DNA of 64,000 nt from contig JAGQKV010000019.1 in NCBI GenBank assembly GCA_020429915.1, positions 17,282-81,281 of the forward strand, in the 5' to 3' direction. This DNA is from Candidatus Omnitrophota bacterium. GTDB lineage: Bacteria; Omnitrophota; Gorgyraeia; Zapsychrales; Zapsychraceae. Positions 55,265 through 64,000 of this stretch are shown here, piece after piece (position 1 is the first letter of the stretch; each line of letters begins with the position of its first letter). Made by a program: the position numbers and the translations under genes. The notes under the pieces were generated by a model. It did no database searches. It was not told the DNA's origin and saw nothing but the letters and a program-made list of their open reading frames with translations.

Positions 55265-56253
55265 CTTGGAAGAATAAGAAAATCCTGGTCACCGGCGCCG
55301 ACGGTTTCATCGGCAGTCACCTGGTCGAACGGCTCGTGAAGGAGGGGGTGAGGGTCCGCGCCTTCGCGTACTACAATTCCTTCAACAGCTGGGGCTGGAT
55401 GGATTCGTTTCCGAAAAAGACACTCGATCAAATCGATGTCTTCACCGGCGATGTGCGAGATCCCAACGGTATCCTGACGGCGGTGCAAGGGTGCGAGGTG
55501 ATCTTCCATCTCGCGGCATTGATCGGCATTCCGTTCAGTTATCACTCTCCGGACAGTTACGTCGATACCAATGTGAAGGGGACCCTCAACGTTCTGCAGG
55601 CGGCCAAACAGCTCGGCGTGAAGAAGGTTGTCCACACTTCGACCAGCGAAGTCTATGGCACCGCGCAGCAAGTTCCCATCACGGAAGACCACCCGATCAA
55701 TCCGCAGTCTCCGTACGCGGCGACCAAGTCGGCAGCCGACAGCCTCGCGTTGTCGTTCTACCGCTCCTTCGATCTGCCGGTCACGGTGCTGCGGCCGTTC
55801 AACACCTTCGGCCCGCGCCAGTCGGCGCGCGCGGTGATCCCCACGGTCCTGGCCCAGGTCCACGCCGGCCGCAAAACGATCAAGATGGGTAACCTCGACG
55901 TGACCCGTGATTTCAATTACGTGGATAATACCGTCGAGTCCTTTCTGTCCGTCGCGCAGTCTGCCAAGACAAACGGGGAAGTGATCAACTCCGGCAGCGG
56001 GGTGGAGACGTCGCTGGAAGAAATGGTGGAGGCGGTCCGCGAGATCACCGGAATGAAATTCCGTGTACAGACGGAGAAAGAGCGTTTGCGGCCGGGCAAG
56101 AGCGAAGTGGAGCGGCTGGTCTGCAGCGCCGACAAGCTCAAAGCCCTGACCGGCTGGTCGCCGAAGATTGATTTCAGGAACGGTCTGCGCAAGACCTCGG
56201 AATGGATCGCCAAGAATATGAACAGCTACAAACCGGATATCTATAATGTCTAG
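55261..56253 (+). CDS. NAD-dependent sugar epimerase/dehydratase (SDR family)
   Basis: ILVTGADGFIGSHLVERL, YAATK; 330 aa. Confidence 0.85.
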   Translation: MTWKNKKILVTGADGFIGSHLVERLVKEGVRVRAFAYYNSFNSWGWMDSFPKKTLDQIDVFTGDVRDPNGILTAVQGCEVIFHLAALIGIPFSYHSPDSYVDTNVKGTLNVLQAAKQLGVKKVVHTSTSEVYGTAQQVPITEDHPINPQSPYAATKSAADSLALSFYRSFDLPVTVLRPFNTFGPRQSARAVIPTVLAQVHAGRKTIKMGNLDVTRDFNYVDNTVESFLSVAQSAKTNGEVINSGSGVETSLEEMVEAVREITGMKFRVQTEKERLRPGKSEVERLVCSADKLKALTGWSPKIDFRNGLRKTSEWIAKNMNSYKPDIYNV

Positions 56254-56983
56254 CAAGGTCCAGGCCATCATCCTCGCCGGCGGGCAGGGCACGCGCCTGC
56301 GGCCGTACACGGCCGTGATCCCCAAGCCGCTGATGCCTGTCGGGGAACATCCGATTTGCGAGATCATCATCCGCCAGCTCAAGGACGCGGAGCTGACCAA
56401 CATCGTCATCTCCACCGGCCATCTCGCGGGATTGATCGAGGCCTATTTCGGCAACGGCAGGAAGTGGGGCGTCAATATCACCTATGTGACCGAAGACAAA
56501 CCGCTGGGCACGGCCGGCGCACTCAAGCTGGTGAGGAACATGGACGAGGATTGCCTGATCATCAACGGTGACGTCCTCACCGATCTTGATTTCAAGGCGG
56601 CGCTGACCTATCATCGCCGGCGCAAGGCCTTGGCTACGATCACGGTCAAGGAACGGATCGTGAAGACCGACTTCGGCGTCATTGCCATGAACGCCGACGG
56701 TGAGTTGGTCGATTACATCGAAAAACCGGAACATAAATCCTTCGTCAGCATCGGCGTCTATCTGCTCAGCCGGCAATGCCGTTCCTACATTGAAACCGAT
56801 GAAAACATCGGCATGCCCGAACTGGTCCTCCGGCTGAAGGACAAGGGCAAGAAGGTCTGTTGCTTTCCCACCAAGGCGCTGTGGCTCGACCTGGGCCGCA
56901 TCGACGACTTTATGGCCTCGCAGGATTTCTTCGAGAAACACAAAAACAAATTTCTTAAGATTCCGAAACGGTCCCGCTCATGA
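56246..56983 (+). CDS. Sugar-1-phosphate nucleotidyltransferase (NTP_transferase family)
   Basis: AIILAGGQGTRLRPYT N-terminal motif; 245 aa. Confidence 0.8.
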   Translation: MSSKVQAIILAGGQGTRLRPYTAVIPKPLMPVGEHPICEIIIRQLKDAELTNIVISTGHLAGLIEAYFGNGRKWGVNITYVTEDKPLGTAGALKLVRNMDEDCLIINGDVLTDLDFKAALTYHRRRKALATITVKERIVKTDFGVIAMNADGELVDYIEKPEHKSFVSIGVYLLSRQCRSYIETDENIGMPELVLRLKDKGKKVCCFPTKALWLDLGRIDDFMASQDFFEKHKNKFLKIPKRSRS

Positions 56984-57903
56984 AAGCCACTGTCCTGATA
57001 ACCGGCGTCAACGGATTCCTCGGGGGAGGAATGTGGGAATACTTGTCTGGTAAAAGCCGCAGCCTCAAACTGGCGGGGGCGGATATCATCCCGGGCCTGG
57101 AAGACGAGCGGATTTGGCACATCGATCTGACCTGCGAGCGGTCGCTGGAGAAGATGCTTACCCAGGTGCAGCCGGACATTATCATCCATTGCGCCGGCGG
57201 GCGTATGTCCGACGAGGAGGCCGCGCGTCTGGCCAACCTGGGAACGACCGAATCGCTGTGCGCGGCGCTGCATGAACTCGGCATGACCGGCACTCGCGTG
57301 GTGATTCCCGGATCCGCGGCCGAATACGGAATACCCGCCAAGAATGTGCGTAAGATCCGCGAAGACGTAAAGCCGCGGCCGCAGTCTGAATACGGACAAA
57401 TAAAATGGGAGCAAACACGCGCCGCGCTGGGCTGGGCCAAAAAAGGTCTGCATATCTGCGTCGGCCGCATCTTCAACATCACCGGCGCCGGCACGCCCGA
57501 GTCTCTGGCCGCCGGACGTTTTGCCCAGCAGATCGCCCTGATGGAACTGCGCGGAAAATCCGGCATCCTGCAGACGTACGATCTCTCCGGTAAACGTGAT
57601 TTCATCGACATCCAGGACGTCTGCGCGGCCTTGTGGATGCTTGCCCGTCACGGCGAGTCCGGTGAGGTGTACAATATCTGTTCGGGCCGGCCGACCGGCG
57701 TCGCCGAACTGCTCGAACGTTTGATCATGTGTTCGAAGATGACCGACGTGACCATCGACGAGCAGGGAACGTCGAGCCCGAGTTTTAACGTGATCGGTTC
57801 GGCAGCCAAGATCAAACGCGCCGTCGGCTGGGAGGCGCAGGTCGCGCTGGATAAAAGTTTACGGCAGACCCTGCACAGCTGGCGCCGAAAGGTCCGCGGC
57901 TGA
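56980..57903 (+). CDS. NAD-dependent epimerase/dehydratase/reductase (SDR family)
   Basis: LITGVNGFLGG Rossmann motif, YGQIK catalytic motif; 307 aa. Confidence 0.7.
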   Translation: MKATVLITGVNGFLGGGMWEYLSGKSRSLKLAGADIIPGLEDERIWHIDLTCERSLEKMLTQVQPDIIIHCAGGRMSDEEAARLANLGTTESLCAALHELGMTGTRVVIPGSAAEYGIPAKNVRKIREDVKPRPQSEYGQIKWEQTRAALGWAKKGLHICVGRIFNITGAGTPESLAAGRFAQQIALMELRGKSGILQTYDLSGKRDFIDIQDVCAALWMLARHGESGEVYNICSGRPTGVAELLERLIMCSKMTDVTIDEQGTSSPSFNVIGSAAKIKRAVGWEAQVALDKSLRQTLHSWRRKVRG

Positions 57904-59075
57904 TGCGTGTCCTGGTCGGCCACAATGCCTACCAAAACTTCGGCGGCGAGGACGCGGTGGCCGCTTCCGAAACCCGGCTGCTGCGCGAACGGGGCCATGA
58001 CGTCCACGAGTACAACCGCTCAAACGCCGAACTCAACCGGTTGAGCCTGAAGGACAAGACCCGTTACCTGTGGTATCTCGGCTGGAATGAAGAGAGTTAT
58101 CAGCAGGTCCGCACCCTGATCCGCAATGTCCGCCCCGAAGTCGCCCACTTCCACAATATCTATTTCATGATGAGCCCGGCGGTCTATCATGCCTGCCGCG
58201 CCGAAGGCGTTCCCGTTGTGCAGAGCCTGCACAATTTCCGGCCGCTGTGCGCCAACGGATTGCTCTTCCGGAATAATCATGTGTGTGAAGATTGCCTGAG
58301 CGGTTCGCTGATGCCGGCGGTCCTGCACCGCTGTTCGCAGAATTCGCCGATCATCAGCGCCATGGTGGTCCGCATGCTGCGCAGTCACCGGAAGATGAAG
58401 ACCTGGCATGAAAAAGTCAACGTCTACATCACCGCCACCGAGTTTACCCGGCAAAAATACGCCGGGTCCGGTTTTGACGCGGACAGGATCTTCGTGAAGC
58501 CAAACTTTGTCGAAGACCCCGGTGATGTCCCGGCGCAGGACCGGGGATATGCGCTCTATGTCGGCCGGCTCAGCGACGAAAAAGGGGTCGATGTGATGAT
58601 CCGGGCGTGGAAAGACCTGACGGACATCCCGTTGAAGATCGCCGGCGACGGGCCCGGCCGCCTGTACCTGTCGGGATATATTCAACGTCACGCCATCAAA
58701 CACGTCACGTTGCTCGGTCATGTCGATGATGAAAAATACCGCGAGCTGATGGGCGGCGCCCGTTATTTGGTGCTGCCGTCGATCTGCTATGAGAATTTCC
58801 CGCGGATTGCCGTGGAGGCCCTGGCCTACGGTCTGCCGGTCCTGGCCAGCCGGCTCGGAAGCCTGGAAGAAGTGATTCATCACGACGAGAACGGCATGCT
58901 GTTCGAACCGGGCAAGGAGGAGGCGCTGGCCGCCGCGGCGAAGACGCTGTATCAGTCTTCCGATCTGCCCCGGATGCGCACGGCGGCGCGGCAAAAGTAT
59001 GCGGATGAATACTCACCTGACAGGAATTACGAGCAATTGCTGGCGATCTACGAGCGCGCACTGCATACAGCATGA
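57903..59075 (+). CDS. Family 4 (GT-B) glycosyltransferase
   Basis: C-terminal EX7E motif region ENFPRIAVEALAYGLPV; 390 aa. Confidence 0.85.
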   Translation: MRVLVGHNAYQNFGGEDAVAASETRLLRERGHDVHEYNRSNAELNRLSLKDKTRYLWYLGWNEESYQQVRTLIRNVRPEVAHFHNIYFMMSPAVYHACRAEGVPVVQSLHNFRPLCANGLLFRNNHVCEDCLSGSLMPAVLHRCSQNSPIISAMVVRMLRSHRKMKTWHEKVNVYITATEFTRQKYAGSGFDADRIFVKPNFVEDPGDVPAQDRGYALYVGRLSDEKGVDVMIRAWKDLTDIPLKIAGDGPGRLYLSGYIQRHAIKHVTLLGHVDDEKYRELMGGARYLVLPSICYENFPRIAVEALAYGLPVLASRLGSLEEVIHHDENGMLFEPGKEEALAAAAKTLYQSSDLPRMRTAARQKYADEYSPDRNYEQLLAIYERALHTA

Positions 59076-60586
59076 AATACATTTCGTTCGCCATTTTTAT
59101 CGCCGCCTTTTTCTTACTCCGGCCTTACCAGCTGCAAAAATTCGGCCTCATGTATAAAGGCGACGATCACTCCTATTTTGCGCATGCCACCGCCATCGCG
59201 TACGGCCAGTTTCCCTCATACGAGAAAGAGTACTATAAACATGGCGAAGGCCGTCCGCTGCACAGCATCGGCAGCGGGATCATGGCCGCGCCGTTAGTGT
59301 TTGTATTCTCGATATTTGACCGCATCGAGGGCAACAGTATCATTCAGGAACGCACGGTGGATAATATTCGTCAAAGCTGGTCGTTGTTTGGATTTGTCGT
59401 GGCCAGCTGTACCTATTTTTGGCTGGGTTGCTGGCTGCTGTATCTGTCGGGAGTCCGGTTCTTTCCAGCGCGTTATGTGGTTGTCGCGGTCATCCTGCTG
59501 GTGATTGTGCAGGGCATCCCGTTGTATGCGTTCCGCCGGCCGGTCTTGGCACACATTTACGAATTTTTTCTGCAGAGTGTGATGGTCTTTTTGCTATACA
59601 AACCGTATGAATACCGTTCGCCGGGGCTGAAGTACTGGACAGCGGCGGGATTCACGCTGGCACTGATGCCGCTGGTGCGCTACAACAACGCGGCGGCCAC
59701 GCTGGTGTGGTGGGTGATTTTGCTTGTGAAACATCGTGTCTTGCATAACTGGCGGCAAAATAAAACCGTGTTGACGGGACTGGGCACGTTTGTCTTGTTG
59801 GTGGGGATTTTTTTCATCGTGCCGGTCGTTATGCACGCTGATTCCGGATATCTGACCAAATTCCGTTATTTTCTTACGCCGTGGTGGTTGCCCGAGTATC
59901 CGCGGCGGGTTTTCAACGTCCTGTTTGGTATCAGCTGGGGACTGATTTGGTCGGCGCCGTTCATATTGGCAGGGACATGGGCGGCGTTGACAGTCCGTTT
60001 TGAGCAAAGGAGGTACCTGTGGGCGGCCATGGCCGCGATGCTGGTCAATTTTCATATTATCGTGGTGTCGGCCGCGCAAGGCGGTTACTACGGATATCGG
60101 TATTTTATTTTCTCGATGGTCCCGTTATTGGTTGTTCCGTTAGCCGGCTGGTTGCAAGCTTTGGAGGCGCGGCAGGCTCGGCTGATTCTTGCCTCGTTGG
60201 CCGCCATAGCCTTGGTCCCCATGTTTTCCATGCTGTGCTTTGAGGGCAATGACACGACGCTCACATTACATATGGTTGACTTGACGAACGGACGCGGCTA
60301 TTCCAGTCCGACATATCAATGGGAAGTGTGGAAACTGCTGTTTACTCAACCCACAGAATGGGCGATTGCCATCCTCAAGGGCGGTTCTCTGTACGGGATC
60401 TATGGGGCAAGCAAACTAACCGGGTTGGAGCAACTCCTTCCCGCCATAGTCTTTCAGAAGTATCCGGAGTTCCGCATGGACATATTGATAAAAGTACTAA
60501 TAATATACTCACTTCCATTTTCGTTGCTGTATATTAGTAATAAGCTGACAAAGGCCGTGGATGGCTGCGTGCGGAGGCCCCGCTAG
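59072..60586 (+). CDS. Polytopic membrane protein, possibly a GT-C-type glycosyltransferase or polymerase
   Basis: 504 aa with >10 hydrophobic helices and an N-terminal loop (YKGDDHSYFAHA) reminiscent of GT-C (ArnT/PMT-like) enzymes. Confidence 0.5.
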   Translation: MKYISFAIFIAAFFLLRPYQLQKFGLMYKGDDHSYFAHATAIAYGQFPSYEKEYYKHGEGRPLHSIGSGIMAAPLVFVFSIFDRIEGNSIIQERTVDNIRQSWSLFGFVVASCTYFWLGCWLLYLSGVRFFPARYVVVAVILLVIVQGIPLYAFRRPVLAHIYEFFLQSVMVFLLYKPYEYRSPGLKYWTAAGFTLALMPLVRYNNAAATLVWWVILLVKHRVLHNWRQNKTVLTGLGTFVLLVGIFFIVPVVMHADSGYLTKFRYFLTPWWLPEYPRRVFNVLFGISWGLIWSAPFILAGTWAALTVRFEQRRYLWAAMAAMLVNFHIIVVSAAQGGYYGYRYFIFSMVPLLVVPLAGWLQALEARQARLILASLAAIALVPMFSMLCFEGNDTTLTLHMVDLTNGRGYSSPTYQWEVWKLLFTQPTEWAIAILKGGSLYGIYGASKLTGLEQLLPAIVFQKYPEFRMDILIKVLIIYSLPFSLLYISNKLTKAVDGCVRRPR

Positions 60587-60687
60587 AAATGTCTTTGTAA
60601 TCACCGTCCGTTGTGCTATCCTACACCATCCTAGCGCTAATTCCCAAATCGAAACTATCAATATAAGTGCATCAAACAAAACAGTTT

Positions 60688-61440
60688 ATGTTTGAGACGG
60701 TCAATATTTTGGGCGTCGATATCGCGGTAACGACTTTGGAACGGACCGCGGACCGGGTCCGGCAATGGATTGCCGACCGGAAAAAGGTCTATTTGTGTTT
60801 TGCCCCTGTATCGACATTGGTGGACTGCCGGGATAATGAGAATTACCGTCAGATTGTGAACGGTGCGGCCCTGGTTAATCCCGACGGTGTCCCGGTGGTG
60901 TGGGTGGCGCGTGCCAAGGGAAAGAAGGATATGCAACGCACCGGAGGCCCGGATTTTATGGCTCTGACGCTAAAAGAAAGCACGTCTGAAGGGCCCCGAC
61001 ATTTCTTTTACGGCGGAAACGAGACCACCAAGGACCGGCTATTAAAAATGGTACAGCAGCGTTGGCCGCAGGCGGTCGTCGCCGGCGCGATTGCACCGCC
61101 GTTTAGGCAGAGCGGGGAGATGGAAGATCCGTCCGTCATTGACGAGATCAACGCGGCCTCTCCGGATATTCTGTGGGTCGGTCTGGGCTCCCCGAAGCAA
61201 GATGTTTGGATGGCGAATCACCGGAATCAGCTCACCTGTCCGGTTATTTGTGGGGTAGGGGCCGCATTTGATTTCATCGCCGGCACCAAACCGATGGCTC
61301 CGAACTGGATGCGGTCCAACGGTCTGGAGTGGCTTTTTCGTTTGGGTTGTGAGCCGCGACGGCTGTGGCGGCGCTACTTGATCGGTAATTGTAAATTCAT
61401 TTACTATCTCCTTACCACAGAAATGCAGTCGCATGGCTAA
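60688..61440 (+). CDS. WecB/TagA/CpsF-family (GT26) glycosyltransferase
   Basis: FETVNILGVDI N-terminus and NPDGVPVVW, GLGSPKQD motifs typical of GT26. The alternative start at 60667 adds 7 aa. Confidence 0.8.
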   Translation: MFETVNILGVDIAVTTLERTADRVRQWIADRKKVYLCFAPVSTLVDCRDNENYRQIVNGAALVNPDGVPVVWVARAKGKKDMQRTGGPDFMALTLKESTSEGPRHFFYGGNETTKDRLLKMVQQRWPQAVVAGAIAPPFRQSGEMEDPSVIDEINAASPDILWVGLGSPKQDVWMANHRNQLTCPVICGVGAAFDFIAGTKPMAPNWMRSNGLEWLFRLGCEPRRLWRRYLIGNCKFIYYLLTTEMQSHG

Positions 61441-62860
61441 AGTTTTCTCAGAAAGGCACATCATCCGTTTGGTCTACATCCTGGTGGATCTTATTTTGAT
61501 CGCCACGGGATTTTTTAGTGCCTGCACCATATTTCCCCGCAAGTTCAGTTTTGAGATTTCACTCTACAATATCTTTCTGGGTGAGAGCAATGCCTACTCC
61601 GGAGTGTTCTGTTTCTGGGCATTGGTCTTAATCATACTGAACTATGTCATCGGTCTTTATCATACGCGCAGGGAACTGTCGGAAGTACTCGAGGTATGGG
61701 ACGTTATTAAGGCCAATATCTTGGCGGCCTTAATAGTGATGGTCGCCATATATGTCGTCAAAATTGAGGGCTTTCCCAGAACGATCTTTGCCACATCGTT
61801 TACTTTTCTTTTTGGATATTTGACTATTTGGCGGATATTGAAACGGAGTCTGGTCGAATATTTAGTGCGTCATGGTTACAATAATTTTAATGTCGTGATC
61901 GTGGGTGCGGGGAAGGTCGGCCGGTCTTTGGCCGAAGAGATCCGCAAACGTCCGGGTTTCGGGCTGAGCATTGTCGGTTTCCTGGATGACTTTAAGCCGG
62001 TGACCGAATGTGTCGACGATATTCCGGTACTCGGTAAGATCAACGATTTCGTTAAGATTGCCCGCAAAGAATTCGTTCAGAAAGTCTTTATCACAATACA
62101 TTTGGAGGAAAGGGTTTTTTCACGCATTTTGGAGGAGGCGAAAAGAATCGGGGTCAATGTGCGGCTCATTCCGCACGGATATCACTTGCTTGGCGGGCGT
62201 CTGACGCAATCAAACATTGGGACGATTCCGATCCTGGAATATTCCAACATGTCCACGATGAAAAGGCAGGCCGGCAAACGGATTTTTGATGTCATTTGCA
62301 CGCTGATCTTTGTGATAATATTGGGGCCGTTTCTGGTTATGGTGTCGATCTTAATCAAGTTGGATAGCCCCGGCCCCATTTTTTACAGCTCGATGCGTTA
62401 TGGCCGCAAGGGGCGACAGTTTCCCATGCTCAAGTTTAGAAGCATGGTGCAAGATGCGGATTCCAGGATTCATGAACTCCGCAGCAGCAACGAGGTGGAC
62501 GGCCCTATTTTTAAGATCCGTAAAGACCCCAGGATCACAAACATAGGCAGTATTTTGAGAAAGTACAGTATAGACGAACTCCCTCAGCTTTTTAACGTCT
62601 TGAGGGGAGATATGAGCCTCGTAGGTCCCCGACCCCTTTTGATCACTGAGGTGCAAAAAGAGGATTTACGCCAACTGAGACGCTTGGAGGTGATGCCGGG
62701 AATGACCGGTCTGTGGCAGATTCGCGGCCGGAGTGATGTGTCGTTTACACGCTTGTTGCGTTGGGATATGTGGTATGTCAACAATTGGTCGATGTGGTTG
62801 GACATCAATATTCTGTTTCAAACGATTCCTGTTGTGGTGCGGGGAAAGGGTGCGTACTAA
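61433..62860 (+). CDS. Polyprenyl-phosphate sugar-phosphotransferase (WbaP/WcaJ-like initiating enzyme)
   Basis: N-terminal TM helices plus the C-terminal bacterial sugar-transferase domain (KRIFDVICTLIFVII..., PGMTGLWQ); 475 aa. Confidence 0.85.
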   Translation: MAKVFSERHIIRLVYILVDLILIATGFFSACTIFPRKFSFEISLYNIFLGESNAYSGVFCFWALVLIILNYVIGLYHTRRELSEVLEVWDVIKANILAALIVMVAIYVVKIEGFPRTIFATSFTFLFGYLTIWRILKRSLVEYLVRHGYNNFNVVIVGAGKVGRSLAEEIRKRPGFGLSIVGFLDDFKPVTECVDDIPVLGKINDFVKIARKEFVQKVFITIHLEERVFSRILEEAKRIGVNVRLIPHGYHLLGGRLTQSNIGTIPILEYSNMSTMKRQAGKRIFDVICTLIFVIILGPFLVMVSILIKLDSPGPIFYSSMRYGRKGRQFPMLKFRSMVQDADSRIHELRSSNEVDGPIFKIRKDPRITNIGSILRKYSIDELPQLFNVLRGDMSLVGPRPLLITEVQKEDLRQLRRLEVMPGMTGLWQIRGRSDVSFTRLLRWDMWYVNNWSMWLDINILFQTIPVVVRGKGAY

Positions 62861-64000
62861 TGTCGGACGGGTTGAGTCAAGGTCATACGAGCGAAGAGCG
62901 TTTTGATCAGATCATGCGGATTTTCTTGTATGTGTTGACGCTCATGTTGCCTTACAGCACGGCCGTTATTGAGTGGGGTTTTGGGCTGGCATTGGTTACA
63001 TTTATAGCCAAGCGCATATACTTATTTAAATGTGGAGACCGGACCAGATTATGGGAGATTTTTCGACCAAAGGAAAATCCGCTGAACAGGCCGATCGCCG
63101 TGTACTTGTTCGTTTGCCTAATATCCGTTTTTAGGAGCGACCAATTCGCTGATTCCTTCGAAAGTTTGTTTACCAAAACGGCGGAACCGATCATTCTGTA
63201 TTTTCTGTTTCTCGAGGCTTTTCGAAACGAAAAACAGCTTCGTGTGTTGCTAATGGTTTTGCTGTCCACTGCCGTAGTTACGTGTATAGACGCGGTAGTT
63301 CAGTTTCATATTACAGGACAAGACTTCTTTCTTGGAAGACCACTCTCCAAAGGGCCCCGGGCGACTGCCGGATTTAATGCGCCAAATGGCCTGGGTGCCT
63401 ATCTCATCATGTCGTTGCCGGTGTTGACCGGATTTCTATACACCGGGCCATGGAAAGGCATGAGGCGAAGATTTACAATTCCTTTGCTTTGGGGGATTCT
63501 CGGTTACACATTGATTTTGACATTTTCCAGGGGAGCTTGGCTGAGTCTTGTTCTGGGCTGTATAGTCACCGGAGCCATCATTATGCTCAAACAAAAGTGC
63601 GGCAGTCGGCAAATACTGGCGTTTCTATTGGGAAGTGTCTTGCTGCTAGCACTGATAAGCTCATATTACGTGTCTCACAAAGACAGATTCTCCAGTCTCA
63701 ACCGAAGTGTACTTAATTGGCGTTTGGAAATCTGGAGCGATACCGTGGGGATGGTTCGCGAGCGGCCCTGGTTTGGGTATGGTCTGAACACTTACATGCG
63801 TAAATTTCAGTCTTACCGTTATGATCGTCGGCTAATTCCCAAATACAAACGTAAGAATGCCACATACGCGCATAATTGCTATCTTCAGATAGCCATGGAG
63901 TCGGGGTTGGTCGGTTTTGCGGCCTTTATGTGGATAGTAATATCGTACTATCAGTTTGTAATACGGAAGCTGGGGGATATCGTGTGGCGAAGCGGTGCGT
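62860..64000 (+). CDS. O-antigen ligase (Wzy_C)-family membrane protein, 3'-truncated by the window end
   Basis: ATG at 62860 in a TAATG overlap; multiple TM helices and the FSRGAWLSL / periplasmic-loop pattern of O-antigen ligases; open to the window end. Not in the ORF track because no stop is present. Confidence 0.65.
   Translation, partial: MSDGLSQGHTSEERFDQIMRIFLYVLTLMLPYSTAVIEWGFGLALVTFIAKRIYLFKCGDRTRLWEIFRPKENPLNRPIAVYLFVCLISVFRSDQFADSFESLFTKTAEPIILYFLFLEAFRNEKQLRVLLMVLLSTAVVTCIDAVVQFHITGQDFFLGRPLSKGPRATAGFNAPNGLGAYLIMSLPVLTGFLYTGPWKGMRRRFTIPLLWGILGYTLILTFSRGAWLSLVLGCIVTGAIIMLKQKCGSRQILAFLLGSVLLLALISSYYVSHKDRFSSLNRSVLNWRLEIWSDTVGMVRERPWFGYGLNTYMRKFQSYRYDRRLIPKYKRKNATYAHNCYLQIAMESGLVGFAAFMWIVISYYQFVIRKLGDIVWRSGA

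Noticed and set aside
1-64000. Mobile elements, CRISPR arrays, tRNA or rRNA genes
   Set aside because: No transposase- or integrase-like ORFs, no direct-repeat/spacer arrays, and no cloverleaf- or rRNA-like conserved stretches were recognisable by reading the sequence. The island boundaries show no att-like or tRNA landmarks within this window.

Overview
High-GC bacterial genomic DNA, probably Gram-negative (TonB-dependent receptor, MsbA-like exporter, O-antigen ligase and polymerase proteins, sigma70-type -35/-10 promoters). Every convincing gene lies on the + strand. The long minus-strand ORFs in the track look like antisense artefacts of GC-rich coding sequence.

The first ~8.2 kb (positions 1-8188) is a cobalamin-associated housekeeping neighbourhood. 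It holds a stand-alone methionine-synthase-like B12-binding/activation-domain protein, a candidate cobalamin riboswitch in front of a BtuB-like TonB-dependent receptor, a BtuF-like binding protein, a Dph6-like PP-loop ATPase and a small Cys-rich protein that the ORF track missed.

At about 8.2 kb there is an AT-rich promoter region and a drop in GC. From there to the end of the window (8422 to >64000, ~56 kb) runs an uninterrupted same-strand array of more than 45 tightly packed or overlapping genes. This is a very large surface-glycan (O-antigen or capsule type) biosynthesis island. It contains:
- three NeuB-family nonulosonic-acid synthases (one fused to a cytidylyltransferase), PseG-, PseH-, PseC-like and NeuA-like enzymes, and a PseA/AsnB-like amidotransferase;
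- a sugar N-formyltransferase, two sulfotransferases and two APS-kinase homologues;
- a radical SAM/SPASM enzyme;
- a CDP-6-deoxyhexose pathway (RfbF, RfbG, a 3,5-epimerase and reductases);
- GT2, GT4 and GT26 glycosyltransferases, a WbaP-like initiating phosphotransferase and an ABC exporter.

The most notable feature is a five-gene cassette at 30691-35684: a CysC-like kinase, a PPDK/rifampin-phosphotransferase-like kinase, a GATase1-like hydrolase, a nucleotidyltransferase and a SAM methyltransferase. Its content, and the order of the middle three genes, match the Campylobacter jejuni O-methyl-phosphoramidate (MeOPN) pathway Cj1415-Cj1420. Immediately downstream, two homopolymeric G tracts (G9 at 35783-35791 and G7 at 40316-40322) coincide with reading-frame breaks in a secreted Ser/Thr-rich protein and in a large putative transferase. 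This is what a phase-variable contingency locus would look like, and it parallels the poly-G MeOPN transferases of C. jejuni. Sequencing error at the homopolymers cannot be excluded.

No rRNA, tRNA, CRISPR array, transposase or integrase was recognised.
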